This document shows positions 18,201 to 30,041 of a stretch of 43,268 bases of DNA, in pieces. Source of the DNA: Macrostomum lignano (lineage: Eukaryota). Numbering within the stretch: position 1 is the first letter of the stretch; each line of letters begins with the position of its first letter. The notes beneath the pieces were generated by a model. It did not search any database. It worked only from the letters and a program-made list of their open reading frames with translations, and was not told the DNA's origin. Made by a program: the position numbers and the translations under genes. The DNA is taken from NCBI GenBank assembly GCA_002269645.1, contig NIVC01004526.1:1-43268 (forward strand). The letters run 5' to 3'.

Positions 18201-18992
18201 GCGCAGGTACCGCCAGTTTCGGCTGGGCGGCGGCGGCATGGCGAATCCTGTGGTGCGATTTCGGTTTTCTTAGAAATACAGGTACCATGGGCGATAGTTT
18301 AATCTAGGCAGGGGGACTTTAAGTTGAATAGATATGCAATTTCTACGATGGATTTCTAATTTGGATAAGCGGGGTTCTTAGAGAGAAGCTTATTCCATGC
18401 TATTCTTACTTGATGATAGGAGCTTTCTTAGAAATGATTTTCTCAGTAAATTTTCAGTAGTTTCAGTTTCAGTCTCAGTAAAAAATGCACAGATTGAACC
18501 AGCCAAGACTCTAATAATACCTTCGCTATCCAGAAACCAGCTGAGCATATTCTGAGTAGTCTCAGCATTGTACAGCTGAGAGATGTCCGGACTAAGCGGA
18601 TTGTGATTCAGATTAAGGGTGGTGAGCTGGAACAGGCGGCCAATCTGCATGGGCAGAGCTCTGATTTGGTTGTTCTGCAGGTAGAGCTCCTTAAGCTCAG
18701 TGAGTTCGCCAATCTCCGGCGGCAGAATCTTGATCATATTGAAGGACAGGTCCAGGTGAACGAGGTTCTTCAACTGGGAAATCTGGCTGGGGATGACGCT
18801 GATTTTGTTGTGTGACATGTACAGGTAGCGCAGGTAGGTCATGCAGCACAGGCCGGGCGGGAATATTTTCACATTGCCGACAATTTCCAGCTGGTCCCAG
18901 CAGGCCTTGCCGCCGGTTTCGCGGTCCTCCGCAGTGAGGAATTGCACCTGCCTGCTGGCCCGGCCCTGCTCCCATTTGCGCTTCCTGTGCAT
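15296..18992 (-). CDS. CNOT6: CCR4-NOT deadenylase subunit CCR4/CNOT6 (LRR plus EEP nuclease), multi-exon
   Basis: LRR exon (LYMSHNKISVIPSQISQLKNLVHLDLSFN). EEP motifs FTLMCYNVLC, YPYCPSWALQWEYRR, ADILCLQ|EVE, AHIHWDPEYSDVK, PLIICGDFNSLPESG, YTNYTYDFRGVIDYIF, PHPHISSDHFSL. Confidence 0.96.
16403..17030. repeat. 28-bp minisatellite, CNOT6 intron
   Basis: Unit gatgacacaggtaggtgattagagactc, diverging toward its 3' end. Confidence 0.95.
17428..17890. repeat. 26-bp minisatellite, CNOT6 intron
   Basis: Unit ggaatgtggcgacctgaccacacctg. Confidence 0.95.
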
Positions 18993-19121
18993 CGTCTGTC
19001 CACCGCGTTCACCTGCTGGCTGATGCGTCTTCCTTCCTGTCTTGCGCTTGTCTGTGCGGCGGCGGTTAAACTGGGCTGCTGCGGTTTGCCCGGCTGCAAA
19101 ATTGCTGCTCTCTGAATTGCT

Positions 19122-19560
19122 AGCTTATCTGCCCCAATATACAGTTGGGTGCCTGGCTTATCTGCCCCAATATACAGTTGGGTGCCTGGCTTATCTGCCC
19201 CAATATACAGTTGGGTGCCTGGCTTATCTGCCCCAATATACAGTTGGGTGCCTGGCTTATCTGCCCCAATATACAGTTGGGTGCCTGGCTTATCTGCCCC
19301 AATATACAGTTGGGTGCCTGGCTTATCTGCCCCAATATACAGTTGGGTGCCTGGCTTATCTGCCCCAATATACAGTTGGGTGCCTGGCTTATCTTCCCCA
19401 ATACGCAGTGGGTGCCTGGCTTATCTTCCCCAATACGCAGTGGGTGCCTGGCTTATCTTCCCCAATACGCAGTGGGTGCCTGGCTTATCTGCCCCAATAT
19501 ACAGTTGAGTGCCTGGCTTATCTGCCTCAATGTACAGTAAGTGGGTGCCTGGCTTATCTG
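19122..19560. repeat. 33-bp minisatellite upstream of CNOT6
   Basis: Unit gcttatctgccccaatatacagttgggtgcctg. Confidence 0.95.
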
Positions 19561-19974
19561 TCTTAGCTAAGAGATCAGTTATTTATGGACCCTGGAAAAA
19601 ATCAGTAAAGATCAGATAAGAAGTTAGGAACAGAAATAAAAGAGGCGAATCAAATTTTTATTAAAATATAAACTGCTTGAAAAGAATGTTTAGAAGGCAG
19701 ACGCATAAACCACATACATGTAGGCCACAAAGCTTTAATTGTAGTAACTAGTTTCTTACTTGTATATGGGCTGCTTTATGATAAAAAATGCAAAATTCTT
19801 TTGTTTATTACAATCAACACTACAAACAGCACTGGTACCGTAGAAAAAACCTAGCTCATAGATTTCATTTCACTGTACAAGCAGAGAAATTATGAAAGTA
19901 ATTCTGATAACTGATGGCTGCCTTTAGCGAGAGTACGAGCTGACGCATCATATCGAAAATAAAAACTGCTAAAT

Positions 19975-20256
19975 CTAGTTCATATCGCCGCTGCTATTAA
20001 GCTCAACAAACAGACAGCGAACTTCATCAACGTGAGCCAGGCAGCAGTCGGCTGAGCAGTACTCCCAGTCCCAGCGCGGATCGCTCACGGCCAAGTTGCT
20101 ACAGCCGTCTCGGCAGCAGAACTGATGCCGCCTGCCGATCATTGCCACTGTGGCGGCCGCCGCCGCTGCAGCTGCTGGCTGCTCGGCTGGAGCCTGCAGT
20201 CGCGATGGCAGCGCGTAGATGAACTGGTAGCGAGCAGTGGCAGACAGGGCGCTCAT
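19975..20256 (-). CDS. Small protein resembling the Cys-rich C-terminal domain of TOX4
   Basis: CCRDGCSNLAVSDPRWDWEYCSADCCLAHVDEV matches my recollection of the TOX4 C-terminus ([34 protein letters not shown]). A splice acceptor ttgcag lies 42 nt upstream of the ATG. Confidence 0.6.
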   Translation of the reverse strand: MSALSATARYQFIYALPSRLQAPAEQPAAAAAAAATVAMIGRRHQFCCRDGCSNLAVSDPRWDWEYCSADCCLAHVDEVRCLFVELNSSGDMN

Positions 20257-21651
20257 GCCTACTGATGGCCGGAGGGGTCAACAGAGTGCCACTGGGGCCT
20301 GCAATTGATCAATTATTGATTTTTATGTATAAGAAGTCGAGACTGATCAGTGACTTGGCTACTAGTCTACTAATATTATAGAGAAGAAATTAGCAAAGCA
20401 AAGCATGAGAAGATTCCGTGTATTATAAGCAATAGAAATAGACTATCTTTGCACACCTGTAATTGGCAATATCTACCTCCTATCCCCCCATAAGCTCACG
20501 TCTGAATTTGTACAAGCGCGAAAAATATAATTATTTCTATTATCTAAACAAACTTTTAACATTTTCCCGAGTTGAAACTACTAATAGTAACATAATTGTA
20601 AAACTGCATCGAAACCAACCCACTATCATATCAATAATAATGGTGTTTATATATAGTAACGCCGTACTTTTACAGTGTCTATTACCGCACTTGGGAGTGG
20701 TTTGGCTACGCCCTCTGCTTTGCTTTCCACAGAAGAGAGATGCAGACGCAGGAATTGATAAATTTCTTGTGACTTCACTATAATTTGTTGCAGAAAATAA
20801 TATTTCTAACAAAGTATGAGATTCCAATGAATTGTTTGACTGGCTTCCTTGGTATGAATATCGGCTTTGTGCCAACCCGAGCGGAATTAATTAGCTAACC
20901 ATTTTCCTTACTGACTACTCACCAGTTTGGACACCACACCCAAATTAATAATCCTATTATTATTATAATAACAAAATGGAGACGACAAATTGTTTGTAGC
21001 AGATTAATTGATTGAATAATAGGGTCCGATTTGTTTTAGTGTTTATAAAAACGTGAAAATTAAGCAGATCGGGGACAGAGAAAATAAAATGTAGCTGCTC
21101 ACATTGAATTGATTATTGATAGGTGAGACAGGCTTAGCCAAAGCGAAAATAACATCGACAGGGCAGGTATAATGAAGATGATTGGTTTCGGTGTAGGAGA
21201 ATCGTGAATCAATGCACACTGAAATTGTCAATAGCTGCTGACAAGTGAAGATGAGCAGTCAGTACAAAAGTACAAGCAATAAATCAGGCGTCAGGGATTA
21301 AGATAAAAATTGCAATAGAAAAATATGATTACCTTGGGAAGTTTCCGCAATACAAAAATGATATAGAATTATAGACAGTTTCGGACGCAACAGTGCCTAA
21401 TGCCTTGCAAATTGAAAATGCTTTTCACAATAAGAAGCTAAAAAACTAATTAAAGAAAAGTTGCTAAAAAAATAAACAGCACAGTGGAAAAGCACTGGCG
21501 GACAGGCCAACTAAAAATACAACTTGACAGCTGTTTGACTTGGCATTTGTGATTTATGACACGAATTTTTGGCAATATAGGTCATTGATGAAGCTTAGCT
21601 TATGTAGATTAAATTTGATAGGCCGAATGCTTGTCTTGAAAAAATTACGCA

Positions 21652-21950
21652 TGAGAGCTGTTCTCATCATTGAGCTCTGCTCTGAGCATGAGAACAGTTC
21701 TCATCATTGACATCTGCTCTGAGCATGAGAACAGTTCTCATCATTGAGCTCTGCTCTGAGCATGAGAACAGTTCTCATCATTGACATCTGCTCTGAGCAT
21801 GAGAACAGTTCTCATCATTGAGCTCTGCTCTGAGCATGAGAACAGTTCTCATCATTGAGCTCTGCTCTGAGCATGAGAACAGTTCTCATCATTGAGCTCT
21901 ACTCAGAGCATGAGAACAGTTCTCATCATTGAGTTCTACTCAGAGCACGA
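21652..21950. repeat. 37-bp minisatellite with internal palindrome
   Basis: Unit catgagaacagttctcatcattgagctctgctctgag, containing TGAGAAC-A-GTTCTCA. Confidence 0.95.
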
Positions 21951-22102
21951 AGATGAGAACAGACCTCCCAAACGGAAAAGAAAGCATTAATAGACAGGAA
22001 ATGCAAGAATTTCAGCCTTCTTGCATAAAATCAATAAAAGTACAGTCTGATAATTATTTTAGCAGCGACTAGTTAACCGTACAATCTAGTAAGCCAAACC
22101 AT

Positions 22103-25100
22103 TCAAAGCCGATGTAGCCGCTTTTTCAAGCTAAGCCGCTGCTTCGGCGGCGGAGGCGGCTTCACTGGGCTGGTTTGCAGCAGGAACGGGCAGTGGCGGT
22201 ACAGGTGCCCGTCGGTCAGGCAGTTCAGGCAGAAGGCAAAGCCGCACTCGGTCTCCGGCCGGGTGCAACGCCCGATGCGGGTGTCCGGATCGACTCTGGC
22301 CGGCCAGCGGCAGCGCGGACACGGGCGCAGGCCCTGATTGTTTACCAGCCGCTTGCTCTCCTCAACGAATGCGTCGAACAAGCGGCCGCCGCCGCCGCTG
22401 CTGCCACCGACGCTAGCGGCTTCGCCGGCGTCGGCCTGAAAACTGTCAACTACGGCGACTGGCGGTGCCATCCTCAAAGCACGCCGCGGCGGCTGGCTGG
22501 GCCAAGCCGGACTGGATGTCGACGGCGCCGGCGACGTCTCCATGGCAACCGCCGCCGATAACTGCGCGTCACCGAAGGTCCCGCCGGCGCTAGGAACGAC
22601 AGTTGAAGCGGCCGACAAGCTGCTCCGACGGCTGGCGCCGGCGCCGCTTTCGTTTAGGCTGCGATTTTCTATAGAAGACGTCGACGAGCTGTCCAGCGTG
22701 GCTCGGCGATGTTTCCGACGCCGACGGCGATGATGGCGACGGCTAGTCGGGTCTTTGTCGGCTCTGCCGCCAGCCCCGACGTCGCTTCTGGCCGGGCCGC
22801 CACGGGTGCCGAATCTGGGGAGTCGGGAGAAAAAGTAATTTAGTTCAAAAAGGAATTCGACGTTCAAGAAAAGGTTCGGAGCCGCCACTTTGGATTGCCA
22901 AGATGTTATTGTGCAGTATCCAGGCACCACTATGGGATATCCAGACACCACTATGGGATATCCAGCCACAACTATGGGATATCCAGCAACCACTATGGGA
23001 TATCCAGGCACCACTATGGGATATCCAGGCACCACTATGGGATATCCAGGCACCACTATGGGATATCCAGACACCACTATGGGATATCCAGCCACAACTA
23101 TGGGATATCCAGCAACCACTATGGGATATCCAGGCACCACTATGGGATATCCAGGCACCACTATGGGATATCCAGCCACAACTATGGGATATCCAGCAAC
23201 CACTATGGGATATCCAGGCACCACTATGGGATATCCAGCCACAACTATGGGATATCCAGCAACCACTATGGGATATCCAGGCACCACTATGGGATATCCA
23301 GGCACCACTATGGGATATCCAGGCACCACTATGGGATATCCAGGCACCACTATGGGATATCCAGGCACCACTATGGGATATCCAGGCACAACTATGGGAT
23401 ATCCAGCAACCACTATGGGATATCCAGGCACCACTATGGGCTATCCAGTCATCACTATGGGGATGTCTAGACACACCACTATGGGATATCCAGGCACCAC
23501 TATGGGCTATCCAGTCATCACTATGGGGATGTCTAGGCACACCACTATGGGATATCCAGGCACCACTATGGGCTATCCAGTCATCACTATGGGGATGTCT
23601 AGGCACACCACTATGGGATATCCAGTCATCACTATCGGGATTTCTATGTACCACTATCGGATATCCAGTCATCATTATCGGGATGCCTAGGCACCACTAT
23701 GGGGATATGCAGGCGCCACTGTCTATCCGATATCCAGGCACCACTATATGGGGATATCCAGTCATCACTATGGGGATGTCCAGGCACTACCATAGAATTA
23801 TCCAGACGGGTTCATGAGAAATGCCCGCAGACGAATTGCCCGTCGAGATTTGCCCGCGAGTGAATTGCCCGCCCAGATTTTTCCCGCCGAGGTTTGCCCG
23901 CAATGCTTTTTTCCTGCAGCGCATTTGACCATGCGGCAGATTTTGCCTGCATTGCCTCCCAATGCTAAGTAAGTTGTAATAAAGAGATTTCCACAATCAA
24001 AACGTTTCGTTAGTAACTGCATATCAAATGCATATTTTTTGCGGGGGGGGGCAATGCAGTCAGAATCTAGCTGCCAAGCAGTAAAAAAGCATTGCGGGCA
24101 AACCTCGGCGGGAAAAATCTCGGCGGGCAATTCGCTCGCGGGCATTTCTCATACTCCCTATCCAGACACCACCATGGTGGTATCGAGGCATCACTAAAGG
24201 ATAGTCCAGGCTGCAGGCATCACTATAGGATAATTCAGGCATCACTATAGGATAATTCAGGCACCACTATGGGATATCCAGGCACCACTATAAGGACACC
24301 TAAACACCAATCGGGAATATAGAGGCGCCAATCGGGAATATAGAGGCGCCAATCGGGAATGTAGAGGCGCCAATCGGGAATATAGAGGCGCCAATCGGGA
24401 ATATAGAGGCGCCAATCGGGAATGTAGAGGCGCCAATCGGGAATATAGAAGCGCCAATCGGGAATATAGAGGCGCCAATCGGGAAGATAGAGGCGCCAAT
24501 AGGGAATATAGAGGCGCCAATCGGGAATATAGAGGCGCCAATCGGGAATATAGAGGCGCCAATCGGGAATATAGAGGCGCCAATCGGGAATATAGAGGCG
24601 CCAATCGGGAATATAGAGGCGCCAATCGGGAATATAGAGGCGCCAATCGGGAATATAGAGGCGCCAATCGGGAATATAGAGGCGCCAATCGGGAATATAG
24701 AGGCGCCAATCGGGAATATAGAGGCGCCAATCGGGAATATAGAGGCGCCAATCGGGAATATAGAGGCGCCAATCGGGAATATAGAGGCGCCAATCGGGAA
24801 TATAGAGGCGCCAATCGGGAATATAGAGGCGCCAATCGGGAATATAGAGGCGCCAATCGGGAATATAGAGGCGCCAATCTGGAATATAGAGGCGCCAGTG
24901 AAAAACATCAAGCAACAAAAAGCCCATTTACAACAGACAGACCTATCAACTAGCTGACGCCATCGGGAGCTGACAAGGCGCATTCGGGCGCAGGTGGCCG
25001 CATCAAAGCCGGCCCGCTTGAACAGGCAGTCCAACAGGAATCCGGAGCGGTCGTAGTCGTCCAGCTCAGCCAGGAAGTCCACCTGCTCTACGGCTATCCG

Positions 25101-25361
25101 GGTGCCAATTAAGCGCGGATTCTTCTGCCGCTGAGCATACCCGATCAGCCGCTTGAGTCCCTGCCTGTGCACCGGAGGCAGCCGGCTCATCATGTCGCGG
25201 AAGCAAAGCGACCCAGGTGTGGCGCTGCTAGCGGAGGAAATTTCGTTTTCCATCTCGGTTGCGCCGATGCCGGAGTCGGCAAACAGGCCGCTATCCATCG
25301 TCGGGGCGGAGCTGGAGTCGGCGGCGGCGGCGGCGGAGGCAGCAGGGGCGTCAGTGTCCAT
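22103..25361 (-). CDS. FBXO5: Emi1/Emi2/Rca1-like APC/C inhibitor (F-box, ZBR, RL tail), two main exons
   Basis: Exon 1 (~25361-24940): DSGLFADSGIG and LIGTRIAVEQVDFLAEL (Emi1 F-box signature). Exon 2 (~22815-22103): CPRCRWPA...CTRPETECGFAFCLNC zinc-binding region and C-terminal SLKKRLHRL RL tail. Confidence 0.85.
22915..23790. repeat. 21-bp minisatellite in FBXO5 intron
   Basis: Unit cactatgggatatccaggcac; degenerate continuation at 24155-24295. Confidence 0.95.
23814..24152. mobile_element. Foldback/MITE-like element (~340 bp) with long subrepeated inverted ends
   Basis: Left end atgagaaatgcccgc...gaggtttgcccgcaatgctttttt is mirrored by aaaaaagcattgcgggcaaacctc...gcgggcatttctcat; no convincing TSD. 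Confidence 0.7.
24305..24895. repeat. 21-bp minisatellite in FBXO5 intron
   Basis: Unit gaggcgccaatcgggaatata, about 28 copies. Confidence 0.95.
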
Positions 25362-28300
25362 CTGGGAGTGATGCGCCGTGCACTCCGGCTTCTGAGGCAG
25401 AAAATTAGAGAACACAAATAATTAAACTTATTTACTACTAATTTGCACAATGCCTTTTCTACATTAATGCGTCAAGACTGACTCTAACAGACTAGCTATC
25501 TATGTTGGCTGTATAAACTGAGGTCTACGCTTTAATGTTTCAATGAACTATGAGTAATGACCAGTGAAAGCTAGAGTCCATCTAGGCTACACTACAAGAA
25601 ATTTGGCTCTTGGTTGTTTTAGATAGGAATTCTTTCTTTAATTAGCATTTCATAATTTTATGAACATAATTTTTAATAATTTTATTTAAAAAAATAAAAT
25701 AAAATAGTTAATAATTTTTTGAAAAATAAACTTGAATGTCTACTTTTTAAGTTATTGTTATAGTTATACTGTCAAAACAGTCACATTATATAACTATTTT
25801 AATCAGTTGTCCATACATAATTTGCAATTAATATTTAACACTCATAAAAATTAGCTATAGATAAGCTCTGTTGGTTGCATATCTGCCCATTAAGGCAGTG
25901 GCATATGCAGTGGCAGTTGGGGCATAACACTGTTACCAAGTTGGGCCATCTTAGTGGAAGATGTTTAGGTAAAAAGCTTTAGTGAATATTTATCAATGTT
26001 TTTGTTATGAACATTGAGTACCTAATTTTCAGAGAGGAATAGATTATTAATTTCTAAACATAGATGAAGCTTTAATATGAGCTAATATTCTGGTGAGAAT
26101 CAGGTCAAATGAAAAATAACTTTATACAATGAGATGCTAGGAGAATAGCAATGTCACTTTTTGTCTTTTTGATTAACAAAAATTAAATTGTTATACACCT
26201 TGAATTGCATCATAGTGTTGAAAAAACATTGTGGAAGCAAAGAATAAGACTTGATTAAGACTATGTAACTATTCAAATATATTGTTAACATTGATGGAAA
26301 CTGATACTGACTAACTAAGCAATTGACTACATAATAACTGCCTTTTCTGACTTGTACTCAATTTGACTTGATATGACTGTTAAATTAAGTGCTATGATTC
26401 ATATTATTGATTGGATGAGAACTGGCCTAGATATTATAAAGACTAAACTGCTAATGCAACAATGTAGGTTTGAATTTTTATAGTGTAAATTATTGTCTTG
26501 AATCATTTTTAAAGGTAAAAAGTATGAACTATAAAATAGAAAGACAATAAAATATTAGAAGTCAAACAAAAAAACTTCATATAAACCTTAAATAAAGCAA
26601 TTAAAAGCACAATACATAAAAATAGTATTTTTGTCAAACATAAAAAAGCATCATTTTAATCTTTAAAGATTAAAGCAATCTCCTAAGCTGCTATAGATTC
26701 TATTCAGTTTTATCATTAAGGTCATAAAGTTAGGGTCTCTAATATACTTTTTTGAGTGCACACCTATACTCTTAAATGTAGGCTTTTGTTGCAATAATAA
26801 ATGACCTTTAATGGTTGATTTTTTTCTTTTTTTGCTTATAATACTTGTAGCATAGAATGAATATATACAAAAATTTCTTTAAATGCTTTATTACAAACTA
26901 AGAAACTGGAAAGCTTAAAATTTATGCTTAAAAACTTTTCATTGTTCTTTGTTCAAACTGTACTAACTTTTCTGTATGATTTTAGATAGTGCATGCTAGG
27001 TATACATGCATATTACTTTCTTAGGAATAATGCATGCCAATTATGCACATTTAACTTTTGATCTGCAAGGCAAATACACACCCAAATTTTCAGGTATATA
27101 CTTTATGATCTGGAGTGTGGTAGGCAATAGCTATAGTTGCTTTTAAATAAACATTCTGTTAGCATATTGTACATTATATATCATACACTTTTTCTACAAA
27201 TATTAGTGTTATACAAACAGTATAAACAAACAATATGTTTATACTTGAATTTTTTAAATAACTAAGCTTCATATACTATTTAGTTCATTTATTTAATCAA
27301 GATCAAATGTTAGTCTAAGATCATTCAAACTCACTCACAATCACTACCTATCCCTCTTTTACCATATACCAGTTCACTAGGCCTATAATCTATACCAAAA
27401 CTTTTTTGCTAGAGGAAGTGCTTATCCCTATGTCCCATGCTGATAATTACAATTTTATTCACATGGAAATGTGTTGATAATTTTCAGCTTATCCTCATGG
27501 CAGCTTATTGAAGTATTAAATTACAGTCTTGAAGTCTCGCAAAGCTAATTTAATTTACTTAAACTTTAAGTATTACACACATTCATTGCATTGCTTACAT
27601 CAACTAATGAAAAATATGGTAGTCACACCATTAGTCAAATGAACTACAAGGTAGACATCCTTCTTAGTGGTGGTCAAATGAAGTTGACAAAAGATATATT
27701 AAAAAACCATAGTCAATAAATTACTCACATGCTATGTTTGCTTTTATTTGTAGACTTTTATTCTAGTTTGTTTAATTTTGTTTCTTGAAGTTCTGTCATC
27801 AGAACTGGCACAAAAAGAAAGTACAAAAAAGAAAATGATCTTTACTTAAAAACCCTATAAAAAGGAGCTGGCAAATGCTTGCTTGGTAGTATAGACATAG
27901 CAAAATGGAAAATGTGCTTAAAATTACCTAGAACGGCTAGTATAAAATGTGTACAAACCACCAAACATAAGTGTAGTACAAAAATTTCAAAACTTTTAAT
28001 AGCTTTTCCTTTGGCAAAAATTTTGCTACAATTTTGCTACCAATTAATAGTCCATGTTAGCTGCCCTTTATAACATTGTTTGTGGCTTTTTATTACTTTA
28101 AAACAAATAATTTATGTGCATTATTGTTGTCATTCATATTTTAATTTAGTTTTCACTATTTATTGTACTTTTTAAAAAATAATTTTTGCTTATGTTACAG
28201 AAAGTATTAATTTTTAAACCTAAGCTGAAAAGTAATTGTTATAAATTATAAAAAATTATAAAAAAAGAAAATAGACAATAGATTATATAGGCCTAGCTCT

Positions 28301-29445
28301 GTGACTTAAGACTATAATGCTATTGCTGCTACTAATTTCTGAAACAGACTTAAGCTTTTTAAAAGTAAAACTTCTGTTTGGATTTCTTTTGGAAGTTTAA
28401 AAATAGCTTGTGCATTTGTTTAAAGAAGCCTATGCCTTATTGCTTAATGCTACGAGTATATGGGGGTTTTGAGTTAAGTCAATATTAGGTTAGGCCTAAC
28501 TTTACCTAAACAGAAGTAAACATGCATATACCTAAAGTCCTATTTTTTTCAATGGTAATAAAAATCTTGTAAGATCTTTTTTGTTATCATTGGACCTTAG
28601 AGTTGATTCCCTAAATAAATTCATTTTTTACATAGATACATGATTCATTTTGATTGATTTTAATGGTCTAGCTTAGCTTAGGCCTGCTATAGTTTTTAGG
28701 CTATTGCATTTTTATAGCAATCAGATACAAAGATAGATAGGCCTAATTAAGAAAGCTTAGATTAGAGTTAGCTCGTATTAGAGGTTAAAAACCCAAAAAG
28801 TTTGTTCTATTTTTATATTTTTATAAACTAATTTAATGACTTATGACTATTTTATATATGCTTGAGAAATATATTAAATTTATTATTGGGAAAATATTAA
28901 TAGATATAAACAATCCCTTGTTATGCCTATAGCTTTAGAAAACGAGTGTATAAAGTAAAATTATTAAAATTAAATAAGTCTAGTTTAATAGAAAAATAAA
29001 AACATTTTATTTTTTTCCTTCAAATATCAAACTATCTTTAGTTATATCTGCTAATAAGCTTAAGTTTATTTGTCTAAAATAAATTTAACCTTTTAATATT
29101 TGGTTTTATTGTCCTAAAAACATTTTAATTCCTTTATCTAGCCCTATAGTAACTATATATGATTAATATTTTTAAATTTCATACTTCAAAGTTTTTTAAC
29201 TTGAACACAATTTTTTCTTTCTACAGATATTTATCAAAGAACTAACATCTTGACCATATAACAACTTGCAGCTAATAATATATGTATGCAATTTAATTTG
29301 GAATGTAGTCATAGGCTTGTGTTTGAACTTTGTGATATACTTATATTTTTGGTAAGTTCATTATTTATTCATTTTAAACAAAATAAAATAGATCAATTAA
29401 ATATTTGCTATGCTATTAATTTTTTTATCAAAATTTACCTATACT

Positions 29446-30041
29446 CTAGGATGGAATTCTTGCACAAAAGTTGTTATACGTTTGTGCACACTTGTCAAAT
29501 TCATGCGCACTTGCACACTGAAAAGAAGCCTACTTATGCACTTTTAAAGAAGGTATGTGCGCGCTCCATTATTGTATGCACTTGCGTAAGAAGCTGTTTG
29601 CCAAAGAATCACAGACAGGATTTGACTTGTACATGCATTCAACATGGTTATGAGCCATGTGGTGTATGCGGGCTCAAGTTCTCCTACTTTTCATAGTCTG
29701 GAAGATTGTTTTTACGCCGGAAAATTTCAAAACAAAAGTAAAACAAAGAATAATAGTTTTTAGCAAAAACAGTTTCTTTGAAGTTTAGTAAAACTCTAAT
29801 AATTTTTAAGAATATTTTCTCTAAAAAATATAGTGTTCAAGCTACTTTACACTTAAAGTACAACTTTTTAATTTATGTCGGCGTAGAATTGCAAAACTAG
29901 AAATTTCATTTTTTGCTACATAGGGCCATGATCTGCATTATGACTTATTTTTACAGCTGGCATGTGGCTCCAAATTTTTTGTGCTGACTCCAAAAACGTG
30001 CGCGCACATTTTCTTACCCTCAAGCAAGAATTCCATCCTGG
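29446..30041. mobile_element. hAT-like MITE (596 bp)
   Basis: 18-bp TIRs C(T/C)AGGATGGAATTCTTGC with one mismatch, and a perfect 8-bp TSD CCTATACT (29438-29445 and 30042-30049). Confidence 0.85.

Noticed and set aside
8988-21950. CRISPR-like look of the 26-39-bp repeat arrays
   Set aside because: Units are directly tandem with no unique spacers, there are no cas genes, and the context is eukaryotic
22845-24927. Long repetitive ORFs (VPGYPIV, DWRLYIP and similar)
   Set aside because: All six frames are products of 21-bp intronic arrays in the FBXO5 intron
27879-29696. Short ORFs in the AT-rich island
   Set aside because: No motifs and not ATG-supported; one of them overlaps the MITE
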